Assembly: GCA_039028615.1 (NCBI GenBank)
Contig: JBCCHT010000059.1
Span: 1-62,059 of the forward strand
DNA length: 62,059 nucleotides
From: Myxococcota bacterium
Lineage (GTDB): Bacteria; Myxococcota_A; Polyangia; Nannocystales; Nannocystaceae
Direction: 5' to 3'
Shown here piece after piece: positions 57,381 to 62,059 of the stretch (position 1 is its first letter; each line of letters starts with the position of its first letter). Both the position numbers and the translations under genes were made by a program. The notes below the pieces were generated by a model. It was not told where the DNA came from. It saw only the letters and a program-made list of their open reading frames with translations, and did no database searches.

Positions 57381-58976
57381 CTACCCCTTCTTGGGGGGGC
57401 CCTGAATCTGCTGCGAGACCTCTTCGACCAATTGTGCGGGGTCGAGGCCGAGTCGCTTCTTCTCTTGGCGAATCTGCCCCGCGTGATGCTTGGCCACCGC
57501 TTCGAGGGTCTGCGGCTGTTCTCGCAGGACCCGCATGAAGTCCCGAATTCGCATGCGGGCACGATCTTTGCCGACCAACGACAGGGTGTCGAACAAGGGC
57601 GGCGCCGCGGTTCGAGCGGTGATCGCCATGCGCAACAAGGTGAAGACCTCGCGAGCCTTCCACTCGTGTCGCTCGCAGAACTCGCGCGTGAAGGTCTCCA
57701 GCGCGTCGGGGTCGAAGCCGCGAGCATCGGCATCGCGCTCGATCTCGTCGGTATAGACGGCCAAGATCTTGGCGCAGTCTTCGAAGCTGCGTTTCTTGAT
57801 CGCGAGCTTCGAGGTGATCGCCGAGTAGTCGAGCGTGCCCCCGAAGAAGAAGCTGACATAGGGGATGAACTCGTCGAGCGTGTTGATGCGCTCGTGGGCC
57901 AACGCCAGCATCGCTCGCAAGCGATCGGGACGCAGCACGTCGCTGTCGATGCGCCCCATCAGCGTCTCGGCGTCCATCGCCCGCACGTCGTCGGCGCTGA
58001 AGGCCTCGAGCTTGCGGACGTCGAACACCGGGCCGCCCACGCTGACCTTGTCCCACTCGAAGGCGTCGACCATCTCCTTCAGGGAGAAGCGCTCGCGGTC
58101 CTCGCCCATCGAGAAGCCGAGCGTGGACAGGAAGTTCAGGAAGGTGCTCGCCGGGACGCCCAGCTCCCGGTAGTGAATGATCGACACCGGGTTCTTGCGC
58201 TTGGACAGCTTGCTCTTGTCGGCGTTGCGCAGCAGGCCCAGGTGATGCCACTGCGGGAGCTCCCACCCGAAGGCTTCGTAGAGCAGCACATGCTTGGGGG
58301 TGGAGCTGATCCACTCCTCGCCGCGAATGACGTGGGTGATGCCCATGAGGTGGTCGTCGACCACGTTGGCGAGGTGGTAGGTGGGATAGCCGTCGGACTT
58401 GAGCAGGACCTGGTCGTCGATCTCCTCGTTGGAGAACTCGATATCGCCCCGCAGCTGGTCGGTGACGATGGTGGTGCCCTGGTCGGGGACCCGCAGCCGG
58501 ACGACGTAGGGCTCCCCTTGCTCGGCCCGCTGGGCCGACTCGGCGGGATCGAGGTCTCGGCAGTGACCGTCGTACCCCAGCCGCGCCTTGGCCTCGGTCT
58601 GCTGCTTGCGCAGCGCGTCCAGCCGCTCGCGGGTGCAGAAGCAGCGGTATGCCTTGCCGCTGGCGATGAGCTGGTCGAGGTACTCCCGGTAGATGGCCAG
58701 GCGCTCCGACTGTCGGTACGGCCCGTGCTCACCGCCCACATCGGGGCCCTCGTCCCAGTCCAGGCCGAGCCACCGCAGCGATTCCATGATCGCCTGCTCG
58801 CTGCCCGCGGTGTAGCGCTGCTGGTCGGTGTCCTCGATGCGGAGCACGAACCGGCCGCCGTGCCGCTTGGCGAAGGCATAGTTGAACAGAGCGATGTATG
58901 CGGTGCCTACGTGGGGGTCACCGGTGGGGCTGGGCGCAATTCGGACCCGAGGGGGCATCCGGCCGGGGGTGGACAT
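57381..58976 (-). CDS. gltX: Glutamate--tRNA ligase
   Basis: RIAPSPTGDPHVG, LRIEDTD, PYRQSER, PTYHLANVVDDH, RGEEW, KLSKR. Confidence 0.97.
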   Translation of the reverse strand: MSTPGRMPPRVRIAPSPTGDPHVGTAYIALFNYAFAKRHGGRFVLRIEDTDQQRYTAGSEQAIMESLRWLGLDWDEGPDVGGEHGPYRQSERLAIYREYLDQLIASGKAYRCFCTRERLDALRKQQTEAKARLGYDGHCRDLDPAESAQRAEQGEPYVVRLRVPDQGTTIVTDQLRGDIEFSNEEIDDQVLLKSDGYPTYHLANVVDDHLMGITHVIRGEEWISSTPKHVLLYEAFGWELPQWHHLGLLRNADKSKLSKRKNPVSIIHYRELGVPASTFLNFLSTLGFSMGEDRERFSLKEMVDAFEWDKVSVGGPVFDVRKLEAFSADDVRAMDAETLMGRIDSDVLRPDRLRAMLALAHERINTLDEFIPYVSFFFGGTLDYSAITSKLAIKKRSFEDCAKILAVYTDEIERDADARGFDPDALETFTREFCERHEWKAREVFTLLRMAITARTAAPPLFDTLSLVGKDRARMRIRDFMRVLREQPQTLEAVAKHHAGQIRQEKKRLGLDPAQLVEEVSQQIQGPPKKG

Positions 58977-59025
58977 GGGCCCCTGCCTACCACAAGGCCG
59001 GCGACCCCAGTTACACTGGGCCACG

Positions 59026-59883
59026 GTGACGCAGGAGCATTCAGACAGCCAGGTCTACGACGCGGTTTGGCACGTGATCACGCGCCGCATGGGTGAGCGG
59101 GCGGCGTCGGCCGTCGAGCTGCTCGACGAGCTGATCCACGGGCACGGCCGACTACGGCGCCACGAGCAAGAGCTGGTCGCGGGCGACCGGGTGCTCAACG
59201 ACGACCGCGATCTGCTGCCCCGCGTGGCTCGGGCCACCAGCCTCGGGCTGAGCCTGTACCTCGGCAACCGGCGCATCGCCTCCGCCAGCGTGCTCGATGC
59301 CGGCGACGTGATGGACGTGGGTGGCTTCGCCGACGCGACGGTGGTGGACGCGGTGCTGCGTCGCCGCGAGATTTTCCGCGGCTCGCTCGACATCGCGGGG
59401 CGCAAGTACCTCGTCGCTGCTCGTCCGCTCTACGCCACCGACAAGCCCGACGATTACGGTCCCGTGGGCATGGTCGAGGCCTACCAGGACGAGCAGGCCT
59501 TCCGCGAGATGCTCATCAACAGCCTCCGCGAGGGCTCGGGACGCGAGGCGCGGAGCGACCTGCAGATCCAGACCGACCGCATGGAATCGGTCATGCACTT
59601 CATCGACGACGTCGCGCGACGCCTGCAGCTGCTGGCGCTCAACGGCAACATCATCGCCGCGCAAGCGGGTGATCATGGCCGTGCCTTCCGCGTCGTGTGC
59701 CGCGAGCTCAGCAGCCTCGCCGAGCAATCGAAGGAAGCGGTCGCCGAGGTTCGCAAGCTGACCCAAGCGATGGGCTTGAGTCAGGAAGAGTCGGAGACGA
59801 CCTTCGGCGATGCCGACTTCACCGACGCCGTGCCGACCTCGTCCGACGACGACGGCTCGGACTCGGCGCCCGCCGCCTCCTGA
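59026..59883 (+). CDS. Soluble Cache-like domain + short methyl-accepting-chemotaxis signalling domain
   Basis: SLYLGNRRIASA, IAGRKYLVAARPL, PVGMV (Cache-like); LLALNGNIIAAQAGDHGRAFRVV (MCP tip); GTG 8 nt after TACACT. Confidence 0.75.
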   Translation: MTQEHSDSQVYDAVWHVITRRMGERAASAVELLDELIHGHGRLRRHEQELVAGDRVLNDDRDLLPRVARATSLGLSLYLGNRRIASASVLDAGDVMDVGGFADATVVDAVLRRREIFRGSLDIAGRKYLVAARPLYATDKPDDYGPVGMVEAYQDEQAFREMLINSLREGSGREARSDLQIQTDRMESVMHFIDDVARRLQLLALNGNIIAAQAGDHGRAFRVVCRELSSLAEQSKEAVAEVRKLTQAMGLSQEESETTFGDADFTDAVPTSSDDDGSDSAPAAS

Positions 59884-60539
59884 GGCCGCCCCCCAACTTC
59901 GCTCACTCGGACGCGCCGATCCCGAAAGCGGCGTGACCGCGGCGACCGGCTGCGCCACGTCGCGCGCGGCCGGGGGCCGATGTATGCCTGGCAACAATGG
60001 CGGGCCAGCGCGGGCGGACCCTCAATTCTTCACGGCGCGAGGCTCGGTCCTGAGACTGCGTCATTTCCGCACTTGACAAACGCGGGTGCGGCCCAGGTTG
60101 GGGCGAGCTCGAAACGAGTCACCGACAATTCCTGCCGCCGAAAAACGTTTGCGACGTTCGTGTTCGATCGACTTGTTCGAGAGTCGACGACGACGCGCCT
60201 GAAAAAAACCGACGGCGATGCTCGCATGATCAGCGCTCGGCCGGTCGTCGAGCACCGACCTTCGCACCGAAGCCCGCCCGGGGATCTCGCGAACCCCCAT
60301 TTTGGTCTCCATGGCGATGCGTGGCCCCCGACTACGAACGCGTTTCGACTGCCATGAAAGAGCGACGACAAGTCCCGATTTTGTCCCGTATTTTCATAAT
60401 CTTGGGGCCTCTGATACAACGCGAATGACCGTGCATTGGACAGCGTGCACGTTCAGTGGACGACCCTTTCGCGTGGGATGGCTCTTGTTGGCCCGAGGTT
60501 CGCGTGATAGGCCGACCGTAGGCCGGAGATAGAAGGCGA

Positions 60540-62059
60540 ATGGATCAGATCTTCGAGAGCCACTTCGGGGGCAACCAGAGCTCCAGCAATGGCGGTGAGG
60601 TACAGGGCTACTGCCCCAAGTGCCGCGCGGACACGCAACACATCATTCTCGAGAGCTACGGCGAGGAGATCAGGCGCGTGCAGTGCGCCGTCTGCGGCGA
60701 CACGCATGCGTACAAGCCGCCGCGCGGAGGCGACGACGAGAACCCCGAGACGAGGGCCGCGGCCAAGCGCCGAGATCTCAAGAAGCCCGACTGGCTCGAC
60801 GGGATGAACCTGTTCGACCACAAGTCGGCCGTCCGCTACTCGCCCCGGGCTCGTGTCACCGAGAACCAGATCGTCGTGCACCCCACCTTCGGCGTCGGCT
60901 ACGTCTCCGAGATCGTCGGCGAGCAGAAGGTCGAGGTGATGTTCCGCAACAACCTCGCCCGCGTGCTGGTCCACGGCCGAGGTGAGAACGAGGCCGAGCT
61001 CAAGGGCGAGGCCGTCGACGAAGAAGAAGTCAAACAGCTGCTCGGCCTGGAGATGGGCCCCTCCCCCGAGGAGATCGCCGCCGAGCGCGAGCGCAAGCTC
61101 GCCGAAGAGGAAGCGGAGCGCCAGCGCATCCTCGAAGAAAAGAGGTTGGCCGCCGAGCGCGAGCGCCAAGCCGCCATCGAGCGCCGCGAAGCCGAGCGCC
61201 GTCGCCGCGAGGAAGAGCGCGAGCGCAAGCGCCAAGAGCGAGAGGCCGAGCGAGAGCGCAAACGCAAAGAGCGCGAGGAAGAACGCAAGCGCAAGGCCGA
61301 GGAGCGCAAGCGCGAGCAAGAGCGTCGCCGGGCCGAAGCCGCCGCCAAGCGCGAGGAAGAGCGCAAGGCTCGAGAGGCCGAGCGCGCCCGCAAGCAGGCC
61401 GAAAAAGAGGCCGAGCGAGAGCGCAAGCGCCAAGAGAAGGAAGCCGAGCGCCTGGCCAAGGCCAAGGAGCGCGAGCGCGAGCGGCAGCAAAAGGCCAAAG
61501 AGCGCGAAAAAGAGCGCCTGGCCAAGGCCAAGGAGCGCGAGCGCGAGAAGGCCCAGCGGGCCAAGGAGCGTGAGCGCGAGAAGGCCGCACGCGCCAAGGA
61601 AGCCGAGCGTGTCGCCGCGGCCAAGGCCAAAGAGCGCCTGAAGGTCCAAAAGGAGCGCGAGAAGGAAAAGGCCGCCAAGAACAAGGAGCGCGAGCGCCTC
61701 AAGAAGATCAAGGAGCGCGAGCGGGAGCTGAAGACCGCCGAGCGCAAGCGCATCGCCGAGGCGAAGGCCAAGGAGCGTGCCGTCGAGGCCGAGCGCAAGC
61801 GGAAGGCCGCTGCCGCCAAGAAGGCCGCCGCCGCCAAGAAGAAGGCTGCCGCCGCCAAGAAGGCCGCCGCCGCCAAGAAGAAGGCCGCTGCTGCCAAGGC
61901 CGCCGCCGCCAAGAAGGCCGCCGCTGCCAAGAAGAAGGCCGCCGCCGCCAAGAAGAAGGCTGCCGCTGCCAAGAAGGCCGCCGCCGCCAAGAAGAAGGCC
62001 GCTGCCGCCAAGAAGAAGGCCGCCGCCGCCAAGAAGGCCGCCGCTGCCAAGAAGAAGGC
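60540..62059 (+). CDS. Partial gene: Zn ribbon + Tudor-like domain + ER/K helix + histone-H1-like tail
   Basis: My translation from ATG 60540 (GGAG upstream) stays open to the window end: YCPKC...QCAVC, VHPTFGVGYV, long E/R/K/A tract, then K2-3AAAA repeats. Absent from the ORF track because there is no stop codon. Confidence 0.88.
   Translation, partial: MDQIFESHFGGNQSSSNGGEVQGYCPKCRADTQHIILESYGEEIRRVQCAVCGDTHAYKPPRGGDDENPETRAAAKRRDLKKPDWLDGMNLFDHKSAVRYSPRARVTENQIVVHPTFGVGYVSEIVGEQKVEVMFRNNLARVLVHGRGENEAELKGEAVDEEEVKQLLGLEMGPSPEEIAAERERKLAEEEAERQRILEEKRLAAERERQAAIERREAERRRREEERERKRQEREAERERKRKEREEERKRKAEERKREQERRRAEAAAKREEERKAREAERARKQAEKEAERERKRQEKEAERLAKAKERERERQQKAKEREKERLAKAKEREREKAQRAKEREREKAARAKEAERVAAAKAKERLKVQKEREKEKAAKNKERERLKKIKERERELKTAERKRIAEAKAKERAVEAERKRKAAAAKKAAAAKKKAAAAKKAAAAKKKAAAAKAAAAKKAAAAKKKAAAAKKKAAAAKKAAAAKKKAAAAKKKAAAAKKAAAAKKK
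61803..62059 (+). repeat. Coding tandem repeat (AAG)1-3(GCY)4 = K1-3AAAA
   Basis: 15/18/21-nt units continuing to the window end. Confidence 0.95.

Noticed and set aside
59884..60539. c-di-GMP riboswitch or short ORFs (59980-60357, 60030-60419)
   Set aside because: The GEMM consensus was not found; the ORFs lack the genome's GC3 bias and any motif.
60453..62050. Minus-strand hydrophobic ORFs (60453-61649, 60899-62050)
   Set aside because: Antisense readings of the E/R/K/A-rich plus-strand gene starting at 60540.

Overview
High-GC (about 70% by eye) bacterial chromosomal segment whose gene content (CdnL, duplicated lspA around lgt, many Cys/Ser/Thr-rich lipoproteins, split nuo cluster) points to a myxobacterium, probably Nannocystaceae-like (inference). 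It carries about 47 CDS, a 6S RNA and several terminators; I saw no tRNA, rRNA, CRISPR array or mobile element. Housekeeping genes include serS, dacB, ddl, lspA-lgt-lspA, pabB, pgsA, nadB, cdnL, nuoABCD-G-H-I and gltX. Main candidates for novelty: (1) a minus-strand module at 46063-57184 (GAF-PAS kinase + NarL-type regulator, OmpA/TSP3 protein + 1356-aa Asp/Cys-repeat lipoprotein, two FHA-PilZ paralogues + small lipoprotein) whose two downstream operons share a 22/26-identical upstream box in the same register to a -10-like TAG; (2) a gene missing from the ORF track (60540 to the window end) fusing a Zn ribbon, a PcrA/CarD-like Tudor motif, a ~240-aa ER/K helix and a histone-H1-like KKAAAA tail; (3) NuoH fused to a signal/lipoprotein-like Ig domain; (4) a degenerate third LspA, a tandem patatin, a double-length UvrA and a soluble mini-chemoreceptor. 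Family calls come from motif recognition only; no database search was run.
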